A stretch of DNA of 64,000 bases. It comes from a virus (Duplodnaviria > Caudoviricetes). Positions 17,984 through 29,300 of this stretch are shown in pieces; position 1 is the first letter of the stretch; every line of letters begins with the position of its first letter. Location: IMG/VR virus record IMGVR_UViG_3300029705_000009. The stretch is one strand, 5' to 3'. A program made the position numbers and the translations under genes. Under the pieces are notes generated by a model. It did no database searches. It was not told the origin of the DNA and saw nothing but the letters and a program-made list of their open reading frames with translations.

Positions 17984-18763
17984 ATGGCATTTAAATTAGA
18001 TGACATTATTATTGACAGAATTCAGTACGGTGTTGCTGAAACTTTTGATGGCGAACTGCTTTACACACTGACTCAGTTATCTGAGGGAACTATTGATATT
18101 ACTGCTGAATCTAAGGATGCAGTAGACGCTACCGGTACTCTGATTAAGAGATTTTATCAGGGTAAGTCTGGTGAATTTACCGCACAGAACGCAATGCTTA
18201 ACCTGAACATTCTGGGTGCTGCTTCTGGCGAAGGTAAGCTGACTGCAAGCGAGAGCGCAGCTATTGCTATGCCTAAGATCATCACTGTAAAGGCTGGTGA
18301 AACCGTAACTCTGGCTAACTTTGTAGAAGGTTCTGTAACTGTTAATGCACTTGGTACAAACGGCGCAATGGGCAAGTCTTATGTTAAGGCTGCGCAGGCT
18401 TCTGCAACTGAGTTCGGTCTTACCACTGCAGGTATCCTTACTCCTCCTACCGACGACGAAGAGGGTCAGTTCATTGTTAAGTATACTAGAAACGTAACTT
18501 CTGGAGTTGCAATTAAGAATAAGGCTGATAAGTTCCCCGGAACTGTTAAGCTGACTCTGAAAGCTCTGGCTGTAGATCCTTGTTCTGCTGATACTCTGAG
18601 AGCAGTATATATTGTACTTCCTTCTTTCCAGGTATCTCCCGAAGTATCTATTAGTCTTCAGACTGATTCTACTCTGGAGTACAAGGGAACTTTGCAGGTA
18701 GACTATTGTTCTGCTGATAAGAGCTTGTACGAAATCTACTTCGCTGAAGAAGACGAAGAGTAA
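17984..18763 (+). CDS. Major tail (tube) protein
   Basis: 259 aa, beta-rich; strong RBS; same codon bias as MCP; flanked by terminators. Confidence 0.7.
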   Translation: MAFKLDDIIIDRIQYGVAETFDGELLYTLTQLSEGTIDITAESKDAVDATGTLIKRFYQGKSGEFTAQNAMLNLNILGAASGEGKLTASESAAIAMPKIITVKAGETVTLANFVEGSVTVNALGTNGAMGKSYVKAAQASATEFGLTTAGILTPPTDDEEGQFIVKYTRNVTSGVAIKNKADKFPGTVKLTLKALAVDPCSADTLRAVYIVLPSFQVSPEVSISLQTDSTLEYKGTLQVDYCSADKSLYEIYFAEEDEE

Positions 18764-18783
18764 TTTTAATACGAAGATAAACA

Positions 18784-18816
18784 GGACTGATAGGTGTCAA
18801 AGCCTATCAGTCTTTT
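18784..18816 (+). terminator. Terminator after tail tube gene
   Basis: GGACTGATAGG/CCTATCAGTCT stem followed by TTT. Confidence 0.6.
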
Positions 18817-18862
18817 ACGAGTCATATTATATGACTCATTTATTATAAAAGGAGAATGTAGT

Positions 18863-19243
18863 ATGGCAAAGAAAAATAACAGAAAATGCATTTGCTGTTC
18901 TGAAGAATATAGATATTGCAACAGCTGTGCAGAGGACAGAATGAAACCAGTTTGGTATACTTTGTACCACAATGAAAATTGTAAAAATGTTTTCAACACT
19001 GCTTCAGACTATTTAGCAAATGCAATTACTAAAGAAGAAGCGAAAGAAAAATTCGATAAATGCGACTTGTCTTATAAAGATAAAATGCATCACAAAATTG
19101 TAGAAGCAATTAATGATGTATACGGCATTGTGAATCCAGCTGTTAAAGAAGTGGTTGAAGCACCTATTGTCGAAGAGAAGGCTGTCGAAGTAGAAGAAAA
19201 AGAAGTTAAGAAATTTAACAAAAAGAAAGTAGTATTTGAATAG
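18863..19243 (+). CDS. Cys-rich (CxxC..Y.YCxxC) hypothetical protein
   Basis: Start MAKKNNRKC after AAAGGAG. Confidence 0.6.
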   Translation: MAKKNNRKCICCSEEYRYCNSCAEDRMKPVWYTLYHNENCKNVFNTASDYLANAITKEEAKEKFDKCDLSYKDKMHHKIVEAINDVYGIVNPAVKEVVEAPIVEEKAVEVEEKEVKKFNKKKVVFE

Positions 19244-19325
19244 TGATTGATTTTATAGGGGGTATAACCGGATATAACACTATTCGAGTTATACCCCTTT
19301 TTTTTATTTTAAGGAGAACAAGGAT

Positions 19326-19553
19326 ATGAGAGATGAAATTGAAACACATTTACATCCGAGAAATTATACACGTAACGAAGTATATCGGATAATAAATCCA
19401 AAACAAATTCGTTTGTATATTAAGAATAATGTATATCCAATTGATATGTATGCCAGTTATGATGACAAAGGCAATGATGTTACGGTTTATGTATTTTTAA
19501 GAGAAGAAACTAAGGAATTGTATCAAGCTTGGTTGGCACATGAATTGGAGTAA
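19326..19553 (+). CDS. Small hypothetical protein (DUF5659-like)
   Basis: I.N.KQ..LY...V.P.D...VYVF..EET..LY..W pattern. Confidence 0.5.
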   Translation: MRDEIETHLHPRNYTRNEVYRIINPKQIRLYIKNNVYPIDMYASYDDKGNDVTVYVFLREETKELYQAWLAHELE

Positions 19554-19556
19554 AAT

Positions 19557-19814
19557 ATGAAAAAATACTTAGAGAAGAAAATTAGAAAATATGTGATTGC
19601 TACGCTGGATAATCCAACTTTGTACTTGAAGAAGACACCTGGGAAAGTAGATTATTGTTTTGTAGAAGATATTGAAATTGCTACAAAGGCATTGTCTTTG
19701 AAGGTAATGAAACAAAACCTTCAATATTTTTATTTGGATACAGGATTAGACACGGAACTAGTGGTTGTTCCGGTAGATATTACATATGAGATTATAGATG
19801 AAGAGCAGAACTAA
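19557..19814 (+). CDS. Hypothetical protein
   Basis: ORF with GGAG RBS. Confidence 0.5.
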   Translation: MKKYLEKKIRKYVIATLDNPTLYLKKTPGKVDYCFVEDIEIATKALSLKVMKQNLQYFYLDTGLDTELVVVPVDITYEIIDEEQN

Positions 19815-19859
19815 CTGCTCTATTTTTATGGACAAATATGAGTAAAAGGGAAATTGAAT

Positions 19860-20306
19860 ATGGAGCAAAAGGAAAATAGTTCTCGCTCTCCTATCATCTA
19901 CACTAGAGAGAACATAAAGTCATTAAAAGAATTATCAGTTTTAGAGGATGGTCAAATTTATGTATATGTAATGTTAAATTCTGCAGGAAATGTAAAAATT
20001 GGCAAAACAACAAATATACAGCAAAGATTGATATCTTTGTCAGGTAGTAATGGTGGAGGATCTAAAATTACTGCTTTATACTGCTCTCCTGCTACATGGA
20101 TTCAGAGTATAGAAGATACATGTCATAACCATTATCATTTTGCACGAATACAAGGCACTGAATGGTTTGATGGTGGAAAAATTTCTTTCAAAGACGTAGT
20201 TAGGTATGTAGATGGATTATTTCATACAAAAGGGTATGAAATATGTAATGAGCTGAGAAGAGAATTGGCTATTAAAGGTAAAAAATATGACAACAAAGGA
20301 AATTGA
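19860..20306 (+). CDS. GIY-YIG / T5orf172-like nuclease
   Basis: IYVYVM...VKIGKTTNIQQRL...IE...H...R..GTEWF. Confidence 0.75.
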   Translation: MEQKENSSRSPIIYTRENIKSLKELSVLEDGQIYVYVMLNSAGNVKIGKTTNIQQRLISLSGSNGGGSKITALYCSPATWIQSIEDTCHNHYHFARIQGTEWFDGGKISFKDVVRYVDGLFHTKGYEICNELRRELAIKGKKYDNKGN

Positions 20307-20739
20307 ACATATAGCCTATAAGCATTTGTGGAAGAAAGCCACATATCTTGTATTCGAGTGTGCTGCACCTAAGACAAAAAAGAGACAAACTCGTCACAGA
20401 GAACGTGTTGATCTTCTATGCTTTGAATTACCTGGAACGTGGAAGTGCTTCGAGATAAAGAACAGTGTGACGGATTTCTATAGTTCGGCAAAGCTTTCAT
20501 TTTGGGGCGACTACAATTCTTATATTTTAAATGCAGAAATCTACGACAAAGTAAAGGATGATATTCCAAAAGAAATAGGTGTTTGGCTGGTATATAAAGA
20601 TAAAAGTATGGCGTGTGTCAGAAGACCTAAGAAGCAGGAACGAAAGTATACTCATGAGCAGCTATTATTTGCTATGACCCAGGCTTTATCTAGGGAATAT
20701 AAGAAGTATAGAAAGATATTGGAGAAAAAGGATAAATGA
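20287..20739 (+). CDS. PD-(D/E)xK nuclease-fold protein (MmcB-like)
   Basis: RVDLL...CFEIKNSV.DF.S...F.GDYN...IP..IGV. Confidence 0.6.
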   Translation: MTTKEIEHIAYKHLWKKATYLVFECAAPKTKKRQTRHRERVDLLCFELPGTWKCFEIKNSVTDFYSSAKLSFWGDYNSYILNAEIYDKVKDDIPKEIGVWLVYKDKSMACVRRPKKQERKYTHEQLLFAMTQALSREYKKYRKILEKKDK

Positions 20740-21296
20740 ATAAAGTGTTAAAGTTGACCTCTCCTATTCCTCCGTCGCAAAATCATTATACGGGGATCCG
20801 CATTATTAAAAGCGGTGGTAAGAATATTCCTATGGTTTACAAAACTAAAGAAGCGAAGGAATATGAAGAAGTATTTGAGAAAATTGTACGAGATTCAGTA
20901 AAAAATCAAGCTTATAAAACAAACCTAGACAGTGAACAGCATTTTTATGTAGATGCTGTTTTTTATTTTGATCGAAAACACAAAGATAGTTCAAACTCGG
21001 ATAAGGTACTATTGGATGTTATTACAAGAACACAATTGGTATGGAAGGATGATAGTATTGCTCTCTTTCGACCACAAAGGATTTTTTATGATGCAAGTAA
21101 TCCTAGAATAGAACTTTTTGTATATCCCGTTGATTACGTTGGCATCTTTGATAATCAAGACCAGTTAAATCAATTCGAAAAAAAATGCAAAACATGCAAA
21201 CGTTACTCTCGTAACTGCTCTATCCTTAGCAAAGCAAAAGAAGGACGTATCCAAGAAGAGATACAAGATTTGACATGTAGTAAATATAAGGAGTGA
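20736..21296 (+). CDS. rusA: RusA-family Holliday junction resolvase
   Basis: PPSQN; D.SN.DK.LLD; WKDD; NPRIEL; C-terminal CxxC. Confidence 0.75.
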   Translation: MNKVLKLTSPIPPSQNHYTGIRIIKSGGKNIPMVYKTKEAKEYEEVFEKIVRDSVKNQAYKTNLDSEQHFYVDAVFYFDRKHKDSSNSDKVLLDVITRTQLVWKDDSIALFRPQRIFYDASNPRIELFVYPVDYVGIFDNQDQLNQFEKKCKTCKRYSRNCSILSKAKEGRIQEEIQDLTCSKYKE

Positions 21297-21490
21297 TTCT
21301 AATATATTCATGGGAAATTGATCAATATTTGCGGACAAGGAAATGGCTTTTAAATAGAGAAGAATACATATATGTTTCAAATGTTAATGCCAGTCCACAG
21401 ATTCAAAAGATAAAATACAATCCATATGATACAAGTTTTTATATGGAAACAAATGATGGATATAACTGGATATTTAGAATAAAGGAGTAA
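21293..21490 (+). CDS. Hypothetical protein
   Basis: Overlapping GTGA start/stop with AAGGAG upstream. Confidence 0.45.
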   Translation: MILIYSWEIDQYLRTRKWLLNREEYIYVSNVNASPQIQKIKYNPYDTSFYMETNDGYNWIFRIKE

Positions 21491-21494
21491 AAGG

Positions 21495-21677
21495 ATGAAA
21501 ATAAAAGTTGATAATTGCTATGATTGTGGCAAGCCATGTATGCTCTTCTGTCCGGTTCGGGACGACTCATATGAATGGCATTGTGACGAATGTGATAGCG
21601 AGACACAATTGTATGAATTTGAAGGCAGAGAGTTGTGTGCGGAATGTATACTTCAATCTCTTGACAAAGTTAATTAG
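21495..21677 (+). CDS. Small zinc-binding protein
   Basis: CxxC..PC...C...CxxC...LCxxC; AAAGGA RBS. Confidence 0.55.
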   Translation: MKIKVDNCYDCGKPCMLFCPVRDDSYEWHCDECDSETQLYEFEGRELCAECILQSLDKVN

Positions 21678-21695
21678 GAATAAAAGGAGAAAAAT

Positions 21696-22220
21696 ATGAG
21701 TGACAATAAAATTAGTGTAAGTAACTATTTGGAAAATGTGGAATTATTAGAAATAGATTATACTCCTTATGATGTAAAGGTTGATATAGTAGATGTAATT
21801 TTATCTCAGGTAATTATAGATGATGAAATGGAAAAAATCGATTCTGCATTATTGAAAAGAATAAGTACTCAGATTTTTATTGAATCCATCACAAATATAG
21901 ATATGTCTATTAAGTCAGATAATGGTTTAGATGGATATGATGAATTATGTTTGTTAAATGAATTAGATGATTTGCTAAATCTTATTTTTGATGAATACAG
22001 TAGATTTGAAAATATTCTCGAATTAAAAGTGGCTGATTTTTATAGGTATAAAAATAGCACAAGTTCTACTCTTCTATCTTTAAAAAATAAATTATCAAAG
22101 TTTGTAAAAGAAAAATCAGACGAGATAAATAATTTAATTGAGAATATAGATACACAGGCTTTGTCGAATAAGTTAAAAGTATTGATTGATGAGAATATCA
22201 AAAAATATAGAGGAAAATAA
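21696..22220 (+). CDS. Putative tail assembly chaperone
   Basis: Acidic helical protein shortly before the TMP. Confidence 0.4.
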   Translation: MSDNKISVSNYLENVELLEIDYTPYDVKVDIVDVILSQVIIDDEMEKIDSALLKRISTQIFIESITNIDMSIKSDNGLDGYDELCLLNELDDLLNLIFDEYSRFENILELKVADFYRYKNSTSSTLLSLKNKLSKFVKEKSDEINNLIENIDTQALSNKLKVLIDENIKKYRGK

Positions 22221-22222
22221 TT

Positions 22223-22624
22223 ATGGAATGTATTCAATTGGTATCTGTATATAATCAAAAAACAAAGAACAAGCCGGATTTATCAGACGAAGAAAGAATA
22301 AAAATAATTAAAGATTTAATACATCCTAAAAAATACATGTCTTTTAAAAGAAAACAAGAAATAATTTTGGGAGTGTTGCAAAGTGTTGTAAATATTTCAG
22401 ATAATAAAATTTTTTATAATAGCTGTAATAAGTATATTTCTTTTATTAATACTATTCTTTCTGTATATACTGATTTAGATATTGATGAAACAAGTTATGA
22501 TATTTTATGTTCTAATAATATATTGAATTATACAATAGGTTCATTAGGTTCCGAATATGATATTTGTTTGGGAATTATGGAAATGTATATGGATGATTTA
22601 GAACATAACCGTATTGAATTATAA
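22223..22624 (+). CDS. Putative tail assembly chaperone (paralog-like)
   Basis: YTDLDI..YDIL motif resembles ITNID...YDEL in the previous ORF. Confidence 0.4.
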   Translation: MECIQLVSVYNQKTKNKPDLSDEERIKIIKDLIHPKKYMSFKRKQEIILGVLQSVVNISDNKIFYNSCNKYISFINTILSVYTDLDIDETSYDILCSNNILNYTIGSLGSEYDICLGIMEMYMDDLEHNRIEL

Positions 22625-22637
22625 AGGTTGTGATATT

Positions 22638-23267
22638 GTGGACAAATCATATAGAAAGCAATTAAATGATATAAGAACAGAAATAGGAAACATTGGCACA
22701 TCTTTTGCAAAAGGATTGGCCGAACAAGCTCATGAAGATTTGAAAACGGCACATCGACAAATAATAGACAATTTTTATGCTGCTCATGACCCAAATTCAT
22801 ACAACAGAAAAGAAGGATTGTATGACAGTATTATACCTCAAGGAGTAAATCATAGTTCCAACAAAAAACTTACTTATCAAGCAAGTATTGTTGTAGGTAG
22901 TTTTAGAATGGACGATCATTACAGGGGCGATGTTACTCCGGATAATATATTCGATTTAATGTGGAATAAAGGCGTTCGTGGATTGCCAAAAATTGGTATG
23001 GATACATTGGATCATAATTATACATGGTTGGGAACTTTTTATGATTATGGAGACAACCCTAGACGCTGGGAAAATCCATATTGGAGTGGTCAAGAAAATC
23101 CCTATCATAATATTTTCTTAACAAAAATAACAATGGGCGAATATACGACAAAGAAAGCAAGTGTGCCGAACATAGCAATGATTGATTTTGTTAATCATTG
23201 GAAACAAGCCAACGGAAAGAAAGCTTGTGATAAGTTATACAAAGAAATAAAGAACAAATATAGTTAA
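22638..23267 (+). CDS. Hypothetical tail-associated protein
   Basis: FY..H.P.SY.R...L pattern; immediately before TMP; GTG start inferred. Confidence 0.45.
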   Translation: MDKSYRKQLNDIRTEIGNIGTSFAKGLAEQAHEDLKTAHRQIIDNFYAAHDPNSYNRKEGLYDSIIPQGVNHSSNKKLTYQASIVVGSFRMDDHYRGDVTPDNIFDLMWNKGVRGLPKIGMDTLDHNYTWLGTFYDYGDNPRRWENPYWSGQENPYHNIFLTKITMGEYTTKKASVPNIAMIDFVNHWKQANGKKACDKLYKEIKNKYS

Positions 23268-23313
23268 GAGGCATAGTAATATGTCTCTTTTTGAATTAAG
23301 GAGGCATATTATT

Positions 23314-26300
23314 ATGGCGAATTATGATGTGATTAAAACATATGGAATAGAAATTACTGCTGTAACAGATAAGGCAACTGATCAGATTAATCAGTTGGAA
23401 AAAGAATTAGACGAATTATCTAAGAAAAAGGGGTTGTCTGCTGGATTACAGTCTCAAATAGATAAAATTGGAGAATCATTAAACGGTTTAAAAGGAGAAA
23501 TTGTTTCAAGCACCAAATCAATTAATGATAATCTTTCAAAAATTAATACTGATAAAATGTCTCAAGAATTTAAAGACATGCAAAATTCCATTGCGTCTTC
23601 TGTTAATGAATTACAAGAAGAAATGAAAAATTTAAAAAATTCTATGGATTTTTTAAAGACTGGTGATTTTAGTGGTTTTACATCAGGTATTGGTAAGTCG
23701 TTTGATACTTTATCAGATAACATTTCTGATATTGTTGGTAAATTTTCTGAGTTATCAAATTTTATTAACGACATTAGAGTTGGAGCTATCGACACATCTG
23801 GTCTTCAAAAAAGTGAAAAAGGCGTTAAAACTGCTACTTCTCATATAACAAATGATTTAACAAAAACAAAGACAAAAGTCGAAGAATTATTAAGACAGAT
23901 GCGTGACGCTATGGATGATTTTACTTTAGACGATCTTATGTCTGATGGTAAAAATAGCGGTTTAGGAACTGAAGAAGCTAGAACCTTAAGTGAGAACATT
24001 GATATTATCTTGCAATTAATTGATGAGTTAAAGAAGGCACAAGTTGACGTCAATGATATTTTCAATAAAGACGGAATTAAATTAAGCGAAAAAGCATTAA
24101 AAGGTTATAGAACAGAATTAAATAAAATAGTTAAAGAAAGAACTGCTGATGCTGCAAAAGAAAGAAAAAAATCTACAAATCCTACAGAGGTTCGTTTTAG
24201 ATATGTTATTGAAGATCCTAATAGTTCTACCATTGATAGCATTGTTGAAAAGGTAAAAACTGATGTTATAGAAAAAGTTCAGAAACGCATAGATGGTTCT
24301 CCTATTCGAATTCCTATAGGATATACTTATGATAAAGCTGGTATTACTAGCGCTAAAGAGTTAGATAAAATTGAGAACCAAAATGTTGATAAAACAATTT
24401 TTGAACATATCAAACTTGATGTTAAAGCAGATACAAGTAATTTGGTTGATTATGTAAAAGATCAAGTTGATGAAATTAACAAGCAATTAAAAGATACCAA
24501 AAGGCAAATTGAAGTTGAAGTTGTAGGTAAGGTTAATAACGATACAGTAGATGAATCTCTTAACGATTTACAAGAAGAAATATTGCACAGACAATATAAT
24601 GGTTCTGGTTTCACAACAATTAGTGGTGCAAATATTAATATTGGTGGAGACAATATAGCAACAGAAACAACCTTGTCAAACATCAGAGATATTTTATTAG
24701 ATTGGAATCATGCTAAGTCTAGTTCTTCTTTGTCAGTTGAAACGTTATCTAAAGAGGATGAAAACGCTTTATTTGATTATGAAAATGCTTTAAAAATAAG
24801 AAAAAGAAGTTCTGTTTTATTAAGTCAAACCGAAGGTCAATTGGACGTTGTTGAATATGCCAGGGCTAAAATTGCATTGTTAAGTAAACAAAAATCTGAT
24901 TTGACATCTATTAATAATAATGTAAAAAAGGGAAATATAGACGCATTACAGGGAACGGATTATTACTCTGCTTATTATGTCAAAGATGATGTAAAATATG
25001 CTAAATATGGTAGTAGTGGCGAAACTTTAGATAAATGGCAAGAAAAATTGAATTCAGAATTTGAAGAAACACATAAAAAAATTGTAGATGCAACTGCAAG
25101 TTTAAATGATGAATTTGATGGTTATTTGCGTGGTGAAAAAGATTGGAAAGAACTTCTTATTGAAGATTTAAAAAAACAATGGGCAAAAGATACAACTGAT
25201 TCTGCATTAGAAAAAGCCAAATTAGAAAGAGCTGATTCTGTTAAATTGTTAATGGATAGACATAATTCTAATTTAAAACCTGGTCAAGAAAGGATGACTT
25301 CTGACCAAGCTGTACTGCAGTTGATTAATAGTGAATATTCTGAGAGAATCAAGGAAATACAAGATTCAAATGAATTAACAGAAAAATATGAATCTCAAAT
25401 TACTTCTATTAAACGTAAAGCATTAAATCAAATAATTAAAGATTTAACAAAAGGTTATCATGATGCTATTTTATTAACTCAGAATATGATAAAAGCACAA
25501 GAACGAAATATTGCTTTAAACAGTGATGGGTCGGAGCAAAATTCTTCTCTACGTATTGGAACAAAAGCAAATCGTCAAGGGCAAGCGAATAATCCTGATG
25601 AAGCGATAAATGCATTAAATTCAGAATTGGATCAAATTGATCAAGAAGCAATTTCAAAGCATAAAGCACAACAAGAAATTACTAACGACTTGAAATTGCA
25701 AAAAAATATAATGTCAGAAATAGTTGACTTAATCGAAAAACAAAAAACAGCATCTTTATCAGACAAAGAAGTAATAAATGAACGATTGAATGCTTTAATA
25801 CAAAATTTGACTTTGACAAAACAAGAGTTGCAAGCTCAAGAAAATATTGAAGATGTGATAAAATCTATTACTGATTTAGAAGAAAAAAGAAGCACTGCTA
25901 TTAAAAATCTAGAATCTGCTAAAACAAAATTAGAAGAAGATAAAAAATCCGGAGCTTCAACAAAAGTTTTAAACCAAAGCAAGAATGAAATTATTAAACA
26001 GAATGGAATAATTGCTCAATTAGATTTAGAAATTGATAACTATACAAATCAATTAGATGAAACTATTAGAAATTCTTTTTCTGAAAATGTCGATAACTTG
26101 GAAACTTTTATTAAAACTAAGTTATCTTCTATTGATAAATTAATTTTAAATTCTACAAACAAAGAAAATGCAATAATTGGTCAGGCTAAACGTGCAAAAT
26201 ATGATATTGCGTCTCAATATACATTGCGTGATCATTCAAAGTCGGGATATATTTCTAGAGATAATAAGATTTCTGCAATATCGGAAGAGCAATCACGTTT

Positions 26301-29300
26301 ATCAAAAATGGTTAGATATAATAGAGATGGCTCATATGATACATCTGCTATGACAAAGCTTGAAGAAAAAAGATATTTTAATAATATAAAAATATTAAAA
26401 GATTTAAAATTACAACAAGTAGTGTATGAAGCTATATATGGTAAACGTGCAGAAATTTTAGGCATAGAAGAAAAGGAAACAGAAACAATTAAAGAGACTT
26501 CTATTGCATTAAAAAACCTTCCATTATCTAAAAAAGGTGCTGATGCTTATCTTAATACACCAACCATTTTTACATCAGATGGAACAGGTGAAAAATTAAA
26601 AGGTTCTATTTTTGAAAATTCTAATTCTAGAATACCGGAAAATTTAAAAGGATTATCTCTTGAATCAGCAGAGCAAATTAAAAATAATCTCTCTTTAGTA
26701 ATTTCTGAATTAACAGATTATGTCGGAAAAGAAATATTAAAAGATAGTGAAAAAGTTGAAGCCAAAATGCGTGATGCTGCGCGAAAAATGGTTCAAAAAG
26801 ACATTGATATTTTACAGCGAGAGTTAACTGATAATAACGAATATATTAAACAGTTAAAACAAAACGGTGCAGATAGCGGTGTCATTAAAAGTGCTCAAAA
26901 ACGTTCCAATGAATTATCTGCTACTATTAATCAGTTAAAATATTCAGAAGTTGATAATACGGCTTTAAAAGAGGAAATTCAAAATCTTGAAAGAATAAAA
27001 AAGCTTCAAGAAGAAATTTCTAATAGTGGCGATCAAAATAAAATTATGGATTTAGCAGAACAACGTGCTAAGTCGGAAGAACGCATAGCTTATTTGCAAG
27101 AAAATTTCGATAAAGCCTCTTCTGTTAGAGAATCAAGGATTCAATTATATGTTGATTTACAAAAAAAGGAATTTGAACTTGTCAAGTCTATTTTAGAGAA
27201 AAAAGAAAGAGAACTCAATATTGTTAATGAATTAGTATCATTAAAACAAAAAGAAAGAGAAGAATCCGAAAAGATTAGACAAGAAGAAGAAATTGCTTTA
27301 GCAGAAAAAGAAAAAAGGGAATCTCTTACTGAAGAAGAGCAAAAATCGAATATCAATAAAAAATATAATTCTCAAATTGCAGAACAAGAAGAAGTTATTC
27401 AAAAAGAAAAAGAAGCAATAAGTCCGTTAAAGCAAAAATCAGAGGAATTAGAATATCAATTAAAATTAATCAAAGAACAGGCCGCCTTACATTATAAGGA
27501 TCTTATTATAAGAGAAAAGACATTAAATAGTCTTATATCTAATCCTAAAACAAGTATAGATAAAAAAGAAGACTATAAAAAAGAGCTAGAAAAAATACCC
27601 CAACTTAAGGAAGTCGCTGCGAAGCAAACTCTTCCCTCTAATTGGAATTCATTAGCTAAAAGTACAAGAACAAAATATAAATCAAGATATTTGGCTGATT
27701 CTGAAAAATATCAATCTCAATTTATGTCTATTTCTAAAGAATATAATGATGCCAAATATAACTATGGAGATAATGCAGAAGAAACATTAGCTATATATAA
27801 TGAACTTGTTTCTGTTAGTGAAAAATTATTAGATTCCTCCTTAAAATATATTGCCACCGGTGGAGAAGAGTCTAAAGTTGCAGAAAAGATATTATCTGCT
27901 TCTAAGATAAAATACGAGCATGATTCATCAAGTATTAAGACACAAAAAAGCAGAAATGATTTGTTATTACAAGAACATGAAATTGCTTTAAAAACAGCAG
28001 AGGCTAACAAGAGTACTTTAGAGGTCAAAAAACAAGAAGAATTAGATGCTATTCAAACTAGAAAAGAAGAAGCTAATCTATTAAAAGAAAAACAACAGTA
28101 TATTAATGCGTTAGAACAAGAAGCTAAACTTAAGCGTAAAACTGGATTTTATCAAGGTATGAGTGATGAGCAGTACTTAGCGGCTTATAAAGTAGATGCT
28201 ATGTTAAAACTCATTAATGATGATCAAAAAGTATTGAATTCACTTGCTGACAATACTTCCGATGAGTATATTGAGATAGCTAATAGAATTGAAAAGGCTA
28301 AATCTCTCTTAAAAGAATTTAGACATGAAGCATTGCAAATAGATGGTTTGAAATTGTCTGAAGAAACTGGAAGAACATATTATAAAAAAGATACAAAAAT
28401 AAAAGGTGTGTCTTATAGCGGTTTAGGTTCTACTACGGCTAAAGATATGTCTGAAATAAGAGAAAACGCTAAAGCTGTTACAAATTCTATCCTAGAAGAA
28501 CACAAAGCTCAAACTAGAGTTACTAGCGAAGTTAAAGAAACTAAGAAAGAATATTCTGAATTAGGACATTTGAGAAAATTTGCTGGCTATTCTGATGAAC
28601 AAGTTGGATTAGTTGAAGAAATATTTAAAGTTAATCAACAACTTCAATCAAATGCAAAGTTATCTAAAGAAGAAACTGAAGAATTAAAGAAGCAGTTAAA
28701 AGTTTTACATGAACAAGCAAAATTAAAAGATATTAAGATAAATAGAAAGGGATATGCAAGATATTTATCTGGAAGAAATGATTTTTTAGACAATCCTTCT
28801 AAATATGATACCAATAGTTTAATTCATAGTTATTTACACCCTCAAATTCAAAGCGATAATATTGTTGATAATATTAATTCTAATGGTTCGGAACAATTTG
28901 CTTTAGAAAATACTCTTCAGAACATTAAGAAAATTCTTCAATCTGGTTTAAAAGTTAAGGTTGTTGATAAGCTAGATTCTTATGAAACGCCTAGTGATGA
29001 TGCAAGCAAGATTGGTTATGCTTCGAGAGCCAAAAAAGTTGGGGCAACATCTGAATACGGAAAGAACGAAAAAGGTAGTTTCAATACTAAAGGATATCAA
29101 GAAGTTGCAAAAGAATTAGGTTTGTTGCAAAAATCTAAAAATGGCAACCTTTTCGTAAGTAAAAAAGACCGTAATAAAGTTTATTCAGAAATGGATAAGC
29201 GTGGTATTGCTAGGTATTTAGAAGAAGATACTAATGCTACTAAGAAAAATATTGAAGCGAAAAAAGAAAGCAAAAAGGTAGTCGATAAAGATACTGATGC

